A stretch of DNA of 64,000 bases from NCBI GenBank assembly GCA_900314525.1, contig OMVN01000008.1, positions 2,721-66,720 on the forward strand. The letters are read 5' to 3'. Positions 11,201-20,809 of the stretch are shown here, in pieces. Both the position numbers and the translations under genes were made by a program. The notes under the pieces were generated by a model. That model made no database searches. It was not told the origin of the DNA and saw nothing but the letters and a program-made list of their open reading frames with translations. This stretch comes from an uncultured Eubacteriales bacterium (GTDB taxonomy: Bacteria; Bacillota; Clostridia; Lachnospirales; Lachnospiraceae). Every line of letters begins with the position of its first letter. Positions within the stretch are counted from its first letter, which is position 1.

Positions 11201-11483
11201 AAAAGAAAATGGCGTAAACGCAATCAAAGTAAATAAACTTAATCAGGAGGCACCAACAGTTATTGACTTAATATTAGAGCATAAGATTGATATTGTAGTT
11301 GATACACCAACACAGGGAAGAGATAAGACAAGAGATGGATTCTTAATCAGACGTATCTCGATTGAAACTGGTGTAAACTGTTTCACAGCCCTTGATACTG
11401 TAAATGCTCTTCTCACAAGTTTAGAGAGCAATGTAAAAGATAATCTTAAACTCATTGATATTGCAAAAGTAACAACAAGATAA
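8271..11483 (+). CDS. carB: Carbamoyl-phosphate synthase large subunit
   Basis: GSGPIVIGQAAEFDY, duplicated ATP-grasp domains (EVNPRVSRSS, EVNPRSSRT), C-terminal MGS domain. Confidence 0.98.
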   Translation: MPKNPNIKKVLVIGSGPIVIGQAAEFDYAGTQACRSLKEEGVEVVLLNSNPATIMTDKDIADEVYIEPLTVKVLEKLIEKEKPDSILPTLGGQAGLNLAMELAETDFLEKHNCRLIGTTPETIKKAEDRLEFKETMEKINEPVAPSLVVENVEDGVAFTNKIGYPVVLRPAYTLGGSGGGIAHNHQELVDILENGLRLSRVGQVLVERCIAGWKEIEYEVMRDGAGNCITVCNMENIDPVGVHTGDSIVVAPSQTLGDKEYQMLRSSALNIISELNITGGCNVQYALNPDSFEYCVIEVNPRVSRSSALASKATGYPIAKVAAKIALGYTLDEIKNAITGKTYASFEPTLDYCVVKIPRLPFDKFITAKRTLTTQMKATGEVMAICNNFEGALMKAIRSLEQHVENLMDYDFTELSDDELKDQLAVVDDRRIWVIAEAVRRNFDYELIHEITKIDIWFIDKIAIITEMEARLKNEELTVELLKEAKRIEFPDKFIAKLNGKMTEEDVHQLRLENGITAAFKMVDTCAAEFEATTPYYYSSFGNTNEAIETKPDKKILVLGSGPIRIGQGIEFDFCSVHSTWAFREEGYETIIINNNPETVSTDFDIADKLYFEPLTPEDVQNVVDIEKPDGAVVQFGGQTAIKLTESLMKMGVPILGTKAEDVDAAEDRELFDEILEKCGIPRPSGGTVFTCEEAKQVANKLGYPVLVRPSYVLGGQGMQIATSDEEIEEFMNIINRIAQDHPILVDKYLVGKEIEVDAVCDGTDILIPGIMEHIERAGVHSGDSISVYPAQTLSDAAILKIEKYTELLAKSLHVKGMINIQFIVCGDSDVYVIEVNPRSSRTVPYISKVTGIPIVKIATKCIIGHSLKELGYTPGLQKKADYIAIKMPVFSFEKIRGAEISLGPEMKSTGECLGIAETFEEALYKAFLGAGVDLPKHKKVIITVNDADKKDAISIGRRFEALGYEVYATRSTAKVLKENGVNAIKVNKLNQEAPTVIDLILEHKIDIVVDTPTQGRDKTRDGFLIRRISIETGVNCFTALDTVNALLTSLESNVKDNLKLIDIAKVTTR

Positions 11484-11522
11484 TTTAACTCAGTCTTGAC
11501 AGAGATATCTATAAATCAAAAA

Positions 11523-11560
11523 ATATCCGGCAGAATAAATCTGTCGGATATAAATTTTTA
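11523..11560 (+). terminator. Intrinsic terminator after carB
   Basis: ATATCCGGCAGA-ATAAA-TCTGTCGGATAT hairpin followed by a T-rich tail. Confidence 0.7.
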
Positions 11561-11590
11561 CAGAATAAACTGTATGGAAGGTAACAAATA

Positions 11591-12007
11591 ATGATTACAA
11601 TTAAAGAAAACAGTCTTGATACAGATACATATCTGGGACTCAGAGCATCAGTAAAATGGAAGCTACTTGGCAGAGAACAGGCTGATACTGCATTGAAAAA
11701 CAGTCTGTTTACAGTATGTGTATATGATAATGACAAACCTGTTGGAATGGGAAGAATAGTTGGAGATGGTGTCGTGATAGATTATATACAGGATCTTGTT
11801 GTGACGCCAGACATGCAGGGCAGAGGAATTGGCAGAATCGTTATTGATAGACTGATAAAATATGTAAGGGAGACAAAACTTCCAGATACCGAAATAATGT
11901 TATGCCTAATGTGTGCCAAGGGGCGTGAAGAATTTTATAAGAAATTTGATTTTATAGCGAGACCTACTGAGAATCTAGGTCCAGGAATGATACAGTATAT
12001 TAGATAA
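11591..12007 (+). CDS. GNAT family N-acetyltransferase
   Basis: VGMGRIVGDG, IQDLVVTPDMQGRGIG (motif A), FYKKFDF. Confidence 0.88.
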   Translation: MITIKENSLDTDTYLGLRASVKWKLLGREQADTALKNSLFTVCVYDNDKPVGMGRIVGDGVVIDYIQDLVVTPDMQGRGIGRIVIDRLIKYVRETKLPDTEIMLCLMCAKGREEFYKKFDFIARPTENLGPGMIQYIR

Positions 12008-12019
12008 TTTGGAGGATTT

Positions 12020-12697
12020 ATGTCTGATTACATAACAATATATTTAATACGCCATGCAAGACAGAGCAGCTCCTTGTGCAATGTTAACGTAGAGTTGTCT
12101 AAGGAAGGCATTATGCAGAGTGAACTGCTGGCAGAAAGATTACAAAAATGTAATATAAAAAAAGTCTATAGTTCAGATTTGATAAGGGCAGTTGAGACTG
12201 CAGATATTATAAGAAAATATAACAATCTGGAAAATGACATAGATGACACTGCATTTCAGTATGCTGATTTAGAGGAGACTGATTTTGGAGAACTTACAGG
12301 ACTTGAAGATGAACTTTTAAGAGTAAAATATGCGGATTATTATAAGGCAAGGTATGAGGACAGATTGGACCTTAGAATTCCTGGCGGAGAGAATGGTGAA
12401 GAAGTCTGTATCAGAATGCAGCGAGCAATTAATAAAATAATTGATGAGGCAATAGAGAATAATTATGATGATATTGCAGTTGTATCCCACGGGGGAGCAA
12501 TTAGATGTTTTTTGGCAGGAGTACTTGGGATGAGTCAGGGAAAGCGATTTCTTATTAGTAAAAATATGGAAAATACTGCAATTACAGAATTAAGAGTATA
12601 TAAGAATGAAAAAATAATGACAGTGGAGAGAATAAATGATTACTCTCATCTGTATGGACATGAGAAACTTTTAAGAAAATTTTTTAAGAATATTTGA
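12020..12697 (+). CDS. Histidine phosphatase family protein
   Basis: LIRHA (RHG-like), YSSDLIRAVETA, LEETDFG, PGGE and VVSHGGAIR. Confidence 0.88.
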   Translation: MSDYITIYLIRHARQSSSLCNVNVELSKEGIMQSELLAERLQKCNIKKVYSSDLIRAVETADIIRKYNNLENDIDDTAFQYADLEETDFGELTGLEDELLRVKYADYYKARYEDRLDLRIPGGENGEEVCIRMQRAINKIIDEAIENNYDDIAVVSHGGAIRCFLAGVLGMSQGKRFLISKNMENTAITELRVYKNEKIMTVERINDYSHLYGHEKLLRKFFKNI

Positions 12698-12715
12698 CAG
12701 ATAGGAAGGTAGTTT

Positions 12716-14635
12716 ATGTCATCAAAAGTAACAAAGAAATATGATGCGAACAGTATAGCTGTACTGGAAGGGTTAGAGGCGGTTAGAAAAAGACCGGGAA
12801 TGTATATTGGAAGTGTTTCTACAAAAGGTCTCAATCATCTGATTTATGAGATAGTTGACAACTCTGTTGATGAACATTTAGCAGGTTACTGCAATGAGAT
12901 TACAGTAACACTTGAAAAAGATGGTACCGCAGTAATAAGGGATAACGGACGAGGAATTCCTGTAGGAATAAATAAGAAGACAGGAATGCCTGCAGTAGAA
13001 GTGGTATTTACAATGCTTCATGCAGGTGGAAAATTTGGAGACGGAGGATATAAGATTTCAGGAGGACTTCATGGTGTTGGAGCGTCAGTAGTTAATGCGC
13101 TCTCTAAGTGGCTTGAAGTAGAAATAAGAGTTGACGGAAAGGTTTATAAACAGAGATACGAGAGGGGAAAGGTAATGTATCCTCTCAAAGAAATTGGAAC
13201 ATGTAGAAAAAATGATACAGGAACAAAGGTTACATTCCTTCCTGATGATGATATTTTTGAAAAAACATATTTCAAGGCGGAGTCAATTAAAAACAGACTT
13301 CACGAGACTGCATACCTAAATCCCAATCTTAAGATAATATTTGAAAACAAGAGATTTTCTGAGGAAGAGACAGCTGAGTTTCATGAGGAAGAGGGAATCA
13401 AAGCCTTTGTAAAGAAACTTAATGAGGGCAAAGACGTTGTCCATGATGTTATTTATTTTAAGAGGGAATCTGATGGGATTGAAGTAGAAGTGGCATTTCA
13501 GTTCGTAGATGAATTTCAGGAAAATATAATGGGATTCTGTAATAATATATATACCCAGGAGGGTGGAACTCATATTACAGGATTTAAGACCAAATTTACT
13601 ACAGTTATAAATCAGTATGCAAGAGAACTTGGAATACTTAAAGAAAAGGATTCTAATTTTAATGGCTCAGATGTGCGAAATGGAATGACTGCGGTAATCG
13701 CAGTAAAACATCCAGATCCTAGATTTGAGGGACAGACAAAAACAAAACTAGATAATCCAGATGCAGGAAAAGTAGTTGCTGATGTTGCAGGGGAAGAAGT
13801 AGTTCTTTACTTTGACAAAAACATAGAAGATCTGAAAAATGTAATAGGTTGTGCAGAAAAGTCAGCAAAGATAAGAAAAGCTGAAGAAAAGGCCAAAACT
13901 AATCTTCTTGTAAAACAGAAATTTTCCACAGGAGGAAATGGCAAGCTTGCAAACTGTGAGAGCAGAAAAGCCAGTGAATGTGAAGTATTTATAGTAGAGG
14001 GAGATTCTGCCGGAGGCTCAGCTAAGATGGCAAGAAACAGAAAAACTCAGGCAATAATGCCAATAAGAGGTAAGATTTTAAATGTCGAAAAAGCAACTAT
14101 GGACAAGGTACTTGCAAATGCAGAAATAAAGGAAATGATAAACGCGTTTGGATGCGGATTTTCAGAAGGTTATGGTAATGATTTTGACATTGAAAAATTA
14201 AGATATAATAAGATTATTATTATGACTGATGCTGATGTTGATGGTGCTCATATAGATACTCTTTTGCTTACATTTTTCTATAGATTTATGCCTGACCTGA
14301 TTAATGAAGGTCATGTTTATATAGCCATGCCTCCACTTTACAAGGTGGTTCCTAAAAAGGGTGAGGGGATGTATCTTTATGATGATAAGGCACTTGAGAA
14401 GTACAGAAAAAATCATACAGGATTTACTCTTCAGAGATATAAAGGTTTAGGTGAAATGGATGCAGACCAGCTATGGGAGACAACACTTAATCCTGAGACT
14501 AGAATTTTAAAACAGGTGGAAATAGAAGATGCATTTATGGCCTCAGAAGTAACTAATATGCTGATGGGAAATGATGTACCACCTAGAAGAAAATTTATTC
14601 ATGACCATGCTCATGATGCAGAGATAGATGTATAG
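12716..14635 (+). CDS. parE: Type IIA topoisomerase B subunit (ParE/GyrB-like)
   Basis: EAVRKRPGMYIG, DNGRGIP, SGGLHGVG, EGDSAGG, PIRGK, IMTDADVDG and QRYKGLGEM. Not in a dnaA-recF context. Confidence 0.8.
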   Translation: MSSKVTKKYDANSIAVLEGLEAVRKRPGMYIGSVSTKGLNHLIYEIVDNSVDEHLAGYCNEITVTLEKDGTAVIRDNGRGIPVGINKKTGMPAVEVVFTMLHAGGKFGDGGYKISGGLHGVGASVVNALSKWLEVEIRVDGKVYKQRYERGKVMYPLKEIGTCRKNDTGTKVTFLPDDDIFEKTYFKAESIKNRLHETAYLNPNLKIIFENKRFSEEETAEFHEEEGIKAFVKKLNEGKDVVHDVIYFKRESDGIEVEVAFQFVDEFQENIMGFCNNIYTQEGGTHITGFKTKFTTVINQYARELGILKEKDSNFNGSDVRNGMTAVIAVKHPDPRFEGQTKTKLDNPDAGKVVADVAGEEVVLYFDKNIEDLKNVIGCAEKSAKIRKAEEKAKTNLLVKQKFSTGGNGKLANCESRKASECEVFIVEGDSAGGSAKMARNRKTQAIMPIRGKILNVEKATMDKVLANAEIKEMINAFGCGFSEGYGNDFDIEKLRYNKIIIMTDADVDGAHIDTLLLTFFYRFMPDLINEGHVYIAMPPLYKVVPKKGEGMYLYDDKALEKYRKNHTGFTLQRYKGLGEMDADQLWETTLNPETRILKQVEIEDAFMASEVTNMLMGNDVPPRRKFIHDHAHDAEIDV

Positions 14636-14653
14636 AATTAAGGAAGGTAGAAT

Positions 14654-17023
14654 ATGGCAGAACAGATAATAAAGACTGAGTACTCTGATGTTATGCAGAA
14701 GTCATACATAGATTATGCAATGAGCGTAATCTGTCAGAGAGCTCTGCCTGATATAAGAGATGGATTAAAACCAGTTCAGAGACGTGTATTATACGCCATG
14801 GATCAGCTTGGACTAAATTATGACAAGCCTCACAGAAAGTCAGCCCGTATAGTTGGTGATACAATGGGTAAGTTTCACCCACATGGAGACAGCTCTATTT
14901 ATGATTCGTTAGTAGTACTGTCACAGGATTTTAAAAAGGGAATGGCACTTGTTGACGGACATGGAAACTTCGGATCAATTGAGGGAGACGGAGCGGCTGC
15001 AATGCGTTATACTGAGGCTAAATTAAAGAAATTTACACAGGAAGTATATCTTGCAGATCTTGACAAAGATGTAGTAGATTTCGTTCCAAACTTCGATGAG
15101 ACAGAAAAGGAACCAGAGGTATTACCTGTAAGAATACCTAATGTACTTGTTAATGGATCGGAAGGTATTGCGGTAGGTATGACAACTAGCATACCAACAC
15201 ATAACTTATCAGAAGTCATAGATGCAGAGATTGCATATATGGACAATAATAACATTACAAATAAGGAATTAATGGAATATGTAAAGGGTCCTGATTTTCC
15301 AACTGGTGGAATAGTAATAAATAAAAGTGAACTTTTATCAATATATGAGACAGGTCAGGGAAAAATAAAAATTCGTGGTAAAGTAGAACTAGAACAGGCA
15401 AAAAACAAATCCGACAAAGATAAGCTTGTAATCAGTGAAATACCATATACAATGATTGGTGCTAATATTCCCAAATTTATTTCTGATATATGTGATCTGA
15501 TTGAAACAAAGAAGACACAGGATATAGTTGACGTTTCAAATGAATCATCAAAAGAGGGAATCAGAATTGTATTAGAACTTAAAAAAAATGCAGATGTAGA
15601 ACAGTTAAAGAATCTTCTATACAAAAAGACAAAGTTAGATGATACTTTTGGTGTAAATATGCTTGCAATTGTGGATGGAAGACCTGAAGTATTGAGCCTT
15701 AAGGGGATAATTGAAAATAGTATCAAGTTCCAGTATGAAATTCAGACTAGAAAATACAACACATTACTGAAGAAGGAATATGAACAGAAAGAGATAAAGG
15801 AAGGACTTATAAGGGCCTGCGATATAATAGATCTGATAATTGAAATTTTAAGGGGTAGCAAGAGCATAAAGGATGCTAAAGCATGTCTCACAAGCGGGGA
15901 TACTTCGAAAATCACTTTTAAAAATAAGGAATCAGAAATATATGCATCAAACCTTAATTTTACTGAGAAGCAGGCACAGGCCATATTAGACCTCAGACTA
16001 TATAAATTAATAGGTCTTGAAATCCTTGCACTCAAAAAAGATTATGAAAACATTCTTGAAAGGATAGCAAATTATGAAGAAATTCTTGGCAGCAGAAAAG
16101 CCATGGTAAAGGTAATAAAAAAGGAATTGCTCCAGATTAAGAAGGAATATGCAGTTGAGAGAAGAACAGTAATAGAAGATGGAAAAGAAGCAGTACTTGA
16201 AGAGGTTAAATTTGTTCCACAGGAAGTAGTATTTTTGATGGACAGATTTGGCTATGTAAAGACTATCGAAACATCCATATACGAGAAAAATATGGAGGCT
16301 GCAAATAAGGAAAATAAATATGTAATAACATGTATGAATACAGACAAAATCCAGCTGTTTACAGACAGTGGAAATCTTCATCAGGTTAAAGTTAACGACA
16401 TACCTTTAGTGAGATTTAAAGACAAGGGTACACCGATTGATAATCTGAGTAATTATGACAGCAAAAACGAGAGTATAATTTATGTCACAGATACAATGAG
16501 TACAGCTGGAAAGAAACTATTATTTACTACAAAACTTGGAATGATGAAACTAGTGGACTCAAGTGAGTTTAACGTGTTAAAGAAAACAGTGGCTGCAACA
16601 AAATTGTCAGATGATGACAAGGTATTAGATATAAAAATTACAGATTGTGGCATGGCTATGATGGATGATTTTATGGACACAGGAATCGAAGGCGGATTTG
16701 ATGATTCTCTCATGTTAGATGGTGGAATGGACAGCAGTATTATATCTATGGACTCAGGTATGATGGACTCTAGTCGGATAGTAGTATTGCAGACTGAGAA
16801 TGGAATTTTCCTCAGGTTCCCATTAAATGAAATTCCAGAAAAGAAGAAAAATGCAATTGGTGTTATTGGAATCAGATTAAATGAGGGTGATTACCTCACA
16901 AACGTATATCTCCTAGATGCAGGTGATAATATGGAAGTAGATTACAAAGGAAAAACTGTAGAACTTCGCAAACTCAAGACAGCAAAGCGAAGCCAGAAAG
17001 GTACAAAAGTACGAATTAAATAA
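14654..17023 (+). CDS. parC: Type IIA topoisomerase A subunit (ParC/GyrA-like)
   Basis: DGLKPVQRR, HPHGDSS, catalytic AAMRY, GPDFPTGG. No GyrA-box (QRRGGKG) seen in the CTD. Confidence 0.8.
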   Translation: MAEQIIKTEYSDVMQKSYIDYAMSVICQRALPDIRDGLKPVQRRVLYAMDQLGLNYDKPHRKSARIVGDTMGKFHPHGDSSIYDSLVVLSQDFKKGMALVDGHGNFGSIEGDGAAAMRYTEAKLKKFTQEVYLADLDKDVVDFVPNFDETEKEPEVLPVRIPNVLVNGSEGIAVGMTTSIPTHNLSEVIDAEIAYMDNNNITNKELMEYVKGPDFPTGGIVINKSELLSIYETGQGKIKIRGKVELEQAKNKSDKDKLVISEIPYTMIGANIPKFISDICDLIETKKTQDIVDVSNESSKEGIRIVLELKKNADVEQLKNLLYKKTKLDDTFGVNMLAIVDGRPEVLSLKGIIENSIKFQYEIQTRKYNTLLKKEYEQKEIKEGLIRACDIIDLIIEILRGSKSIKDAKACLTSGDTSKITFKNKESEIYASNLNFTEKQAQAILDLRLYKLIGLEILALKKDYENILERIANYEEILGSRKAMVKVIKKELLQIKKEYAVERRTVIEDGKEAVLEEVKFVPQEVVFLMDRFGYVKTIETSIYEKNMEAANKENKYVITCMNTDKIQLFTDSGNLHQVKVNDIPLVRFKDKGTPIDNLSNYDSKNESIIYVTDTMSTAGKKLLFTTKLGMMKLVDSSEFNVLKKTVAATKLSDDDKVLDIKITDCGMAMMDDFMDTGIEGGFDDSLMLDGGMDSSIISMDSGMMDSSRIVVLQTENGIFLRFPLNEIPEKKKNAIGVIGIRLNEGDYLTNVYLLDAGDNMEVDYKGKTVELRKLKTAKRSQKGTKVRIK

Positions 17024-17042
17024 AATAGAAAATTGTACAAGA

Positions 17043-17068
17043 ACTGCGGGATTAATTTATCCCGCAGT
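17043..17068. terminator. Hairpin between convergent parC and transporter gene
   Basis: ACTGCGGGAT-TAATTT-ATCCCGCAGT; overlaps the transporter stop codon. Confidence 0.55.
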
Positions 17069-18239
17069 GTAAAAACAAAAGAATAATGAGAGTCATAATA
17101 TTAACAATAGTAAAGTAAAGCAGATAGTGGTCACTTATATCATTATCTGCTTTATATTTTGCATAAAATCTATAAGTTATTAAGCTTGCCATTGATGCAA
17201 TAAGAGTTCCTAGTCCACCCAAATTAGTACCAATTAACAAATCTCTTCCATTATCAGTAAATGCAGACAGAAGCATTGCAGCAGGTACATTGCTAATAAA
17301 TTGTGAGGAAATAATACCAGTAAATACTACATTTTTATTTAAGATTCCAGTTATTAAATTAGTAAATGCAGAAATATTTCCAAGATTCCCAGTAAGTACA
17401 AAGAAGAAAACAAATGTAACAAGCAGGGAATAATCAACTTCTTTAAATGCTTTGCAATCAAGAATAAGAATAGAAAGTGAAACTATAATAAACATTAATT
17501 TATAATTGATAACATTAAGTACGCACAAGACTGCAAGAATAAATAAAATTATCGTTATAGATAGATTTATATAAAATCTCTTATCACCTGGTGCTTGGCT
17601 ATATTTTTTTGAATTATTATCTTTGCCAAAATCAGATATACTACCTGTTGGCTCCCCAAATTTGTCTAGTGAAATAATTACATATAAGGTAATTAGAATG
17701 AAAGAGACCAGTGAAAATGGAAACATCACTGAAATGAATTTTCCAATGGAATATCCATATTTTGTATATAGATAAAGATTTTGTGGATTTCCTATTGGGG
17801 TCAGCATGCTTCCAAGATTAGCTGAAATTGTCATGAAAATCATTGTCAGACACATAATCTTACATTTATCTGATTTACTTATCTTAAATCCAGATATCAC
17901 CATAATTCCAAAAGGAATCAGGGTAACAAGGGCTACATCATTTGTAATCAGCATGCTTAGAAAGAAAGCAAGAAAGCACAAAAATAATGAAATATATTTT
18001 GGACATTTAATTCTCTTAAACAGGGCAGCTGACAGAGAATAAAATACCCCTAGTCTCACCAATTCTGCCACGATAAGCATTAGGGAAAATAGTATTGCAA
18101 GTACCCTGAAATTGATGTAGTTAATGTAGTCCATGGATGGGGCCACAAAAAAGCAGGAAATAAATGCAAGGATACCAGAAATAATCAGTACTGCGTTAGA
18201 TTTAAATAATGACATAAATTTATTTGTTGTATTTTTCAT
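17052..18239 (-). CDS. ArsB/NhaD/CitMHS (SLC13-like) anion permease
   Basis: Multi-TM protein with SMLITNDVAL, SANLGSMLTPIGNPQNLY, ISNVPAA and NLGGLGTLIASMA. Confidence 0.8.
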   Translation of the reverse strand: MKNTTNKFMSLFKSNAVLIISGILAFISCFFVAPSMDYINYINFRVLAILFSLMLIVAELVRLGVFYSLSAALFKRIKCPKYISLFLCFLAFFLSMLITNDVALVTLIPFGIMVISGFKISKSDKCKIMCLTMIFMTISANLGSMLTPIGNPQNLYLYTKYGYSIGKFISVMFPFSLVSFILITLYVIISLDKFGEPTGSISDFGKDNNSKKYSQAPGDKRFYINLSITIILFILAVLCVLNVINYKLMFIIVSLSILILDCKAFKEVDYSLLVTFVFFFVLTGNLGNISAFTNLITGILNKNVVFTGIISSQFISNVPAAMLLSAFTDNGRDLLIGTNLGGLGTLIASMASLITYRFYAKYKADNDISDHYLLYFTIVNIMTLIILLFLHCGIN

Positions 18240-18455
18240 AATTATATAGTCTCATTTCTAAATAGTTAGTATATTTATTGTACAATCTATGTTAAAAATT
18301 TCAAGTGAATATTTATACTTGTTTTTGTATATTAAGAATTAAAATATGTAATAATATTGACTTTTTATAATATAAAATATATATTTTTTGCGTGTAAAAA
18401 CAAGCATACTTAGGGGAATTTGAAAAAAGATTTAGTTCTTATATGAAAGAACTAT

Positions 18456-20694
18456 ATGGATATGACAGCACTTTCTAGTGGATCATCAGATAATGTTTTG
18501 AAGAAGATTGATGATGTAATTAATAAACTTGATGGAATGCCAAAGACAAAGGATACAGAGAAGGCGTTATCTGATTTGAAAATCGCAGCGGAAATTATAA
18601 ATCAAAATAAGGATGCATATGAATTTTGCAAAGATGAGATGAATGGACATGATAAATATGTTGTTGAAAAGGGTTCTGACTGCATTGATAAATTGGCAAC
18701 AATTGTTTCTTCTGTTGATACAATGGTAAATTCAATTAATTCTGATAATGCCAGCTATGCTATTGCATCATCAGAATTAACTCGTGCAGTAATTGGGGAA
18801 ATGAAAAATGGAGAGTATATATATGCAATTTCAAAAAATCCTCAGATGAGTGATGATGAATTTGAAAAATCTAATGTTAAATTTGAAATAGATTATAAAT
18901 ATGCATATGTAGAATCAGGATTATATGCATTTTATGCTAGTGCAAACTTATATGGATTTTTAAGGGAGAACTTAATTCTCTTAAGGATAGAATTTCTAAG
19001 GGAGCAGATGCTCTTGATGTAGCTACCAGTGAAGTTTCACTAATTGTAGACATTTATGACGGTGTTAAAAATGGCTGGAGTATAGAAAAGGCAGGACAGC
19101 TAGTAAAAGATGGAGTATCTTTCGGCAACAGTGTAGTTAAGTTTGCAGGAAAAGAGGGATTGTCATCGACTGCAATAGGTAATATTGAAAGTATAATTGA
19201 TGGATCATGTGACATGATAAATGGGTTGAAGCAGAAAAAGCTGTGAGAAAGGTAGATCCTGTAATATTTGATCTTAACAGTGCTGGAAAATATGCTTCAA
19301 ATATTGCTGATGGAGTATATTTTGATTACGATGGTGATGGATTTAGGGAGAAAACAGCATGGGCAGATAAAGAAGACGGTATTCTTGTTAGGGATATTAA
19401 TGAAAATGGATTCATAGATGACGGAAAAGAACTGTTTGGGGATAAAACTGTACTAAAATCAGGTGAATATGCAAAATCTGGATTTGAAGCATTAAGTGAA
19501 CTTGATACAAATAGTGATGGTAAGATAACAAATGATGATGAAGCATTTAAAGAATTAAAAATTTGGATTGACAGAAATAATGATGGAATTTCCCAAAGTG
19601 ATGAGTTATATACACTTGATGATAAAAACATTGCAGAGATTGATTTAAATTTTAAATCGTCTAATAGGAATGATCAGAATGGAAATATTATAAAAAACAC
19701 GTCAAATTATGTAAATAAAGATGGAATAGTCGGAAATGTTGCTGAAATGAACTTTACAATTGATTCAATGGATACTGTATATCAGGAAAATACAGAAATT
19801 GAAGATGAACTTGTGAAAGATATTCCAAATATTAAAGCTAGTGGAGAGATGATTTCACTGAGAGAAGCTGTTTATAATAATCCAAAATTAGGTGAGAGCG
19901 TAAGAAAATACATATCTTCTACAAATGAAGCTGAAAGAAATGAATATTTAAATAAAATTATAATTCAGTGGACTGGTTGCGAAAATATTGAAGATGGAAG
20001 TAGAGGAGACAATTTTAATGCAACAAAACTTGCTATTTTAGAGAAATTCTACGGAAGATATTTTGAAGGTGTTGCTGGAAGAAATCCAAATGCAGAAGCT
20101 GCACCTATTTTGGAAAATATGTATGCAAAACTTTTAAATAATTTAGGAAACGCCCTGCTAATAGATGATACAATTTTAAATAATCTATTAGCACTTACAA
20201 TTACTACAGAGATTGATGGAAAGAAACAGATAAATTACAATATGGTATGCAGTTATCTGAATATGAATAATGCGTCAGATGCAAGTAAGGCATTTTCAAA
20301 AAATCGTGACTTTGTTAACGTGATTGAAATGATGAAATTAAATAAAATTTATGGATTTAACGAAAATGACACTCTTAATGGAAGTTCGAGAGACGAACTA
20401 GTATTTGGTGGTAGAGGAGATGATATATTAAACGGAGGAACCGGAAATGATCTTGTTATAAGCGATGGTAAAGATGGAAATTTAGTTATAAAAGAGTGGT
20501 ATTAATCTGATGATAATAAAATTGAAACTATAAATACAGCTGATGGATATTCAATCACTAATGCCCAGTTACAGCTTATGATTGATAGCATGGCAAGTTT
20601 TGGAACTGATGATGCCATGTCACAGGATATAGCTGCTAATTCACAAACAATGCAAAAGAGTGAGTTGATGTCTCAGTTCTGGACAAAAAAATAG
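18456..20694 (+). pseudogene. Disrupted RTX-type Ca-binding protein with FrpC-like self-processing module
   Basis: Three consecutive pieces in different frames: 18456-19022; about 18959-19246; and 19213-20505 plus an in-frame tail to 20694 after TAA at 20503-05. Contains DP-x-IFDL, YFDYDGDG, DINENGFIDDGKELFG, EF-hand-like DTNSDGKI and DRNNDGIS, GGRGDDILNGGTGND nonapeptides and a C-terminal IDSMASF. Confidence 0.75.
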
Positions 20695-20748
20695 TTTAGG
20701 GAAGTATTAATAAAAAATTATAATAGAAAAATTATAGATACGAAACTA

Positions 20749-20778
20749 TTGACCCAAAACAATATTAGGTAGTAAAAT
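20749..20778 (+). promoter_or_regulatory. Possible SigA promoter of the 143-aa hypothetical gene
   Basis: TTGACC-18 bp-TAAAAT, with RBS AGGAGG before the ORF. Confidence 0.45.
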
Positions 20779-20809
20779 AACATTTGGAAAACAAATACAC
20801 ATCAGGAGG

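Noticed and set aside
12716-17023. DNA gyrase gyrB-gyrA
   Set aside because: No GyrA-box in the CTD and not in the oriC gene cluster; a Topo IV-like call is preferred, but phylogeny is needed.
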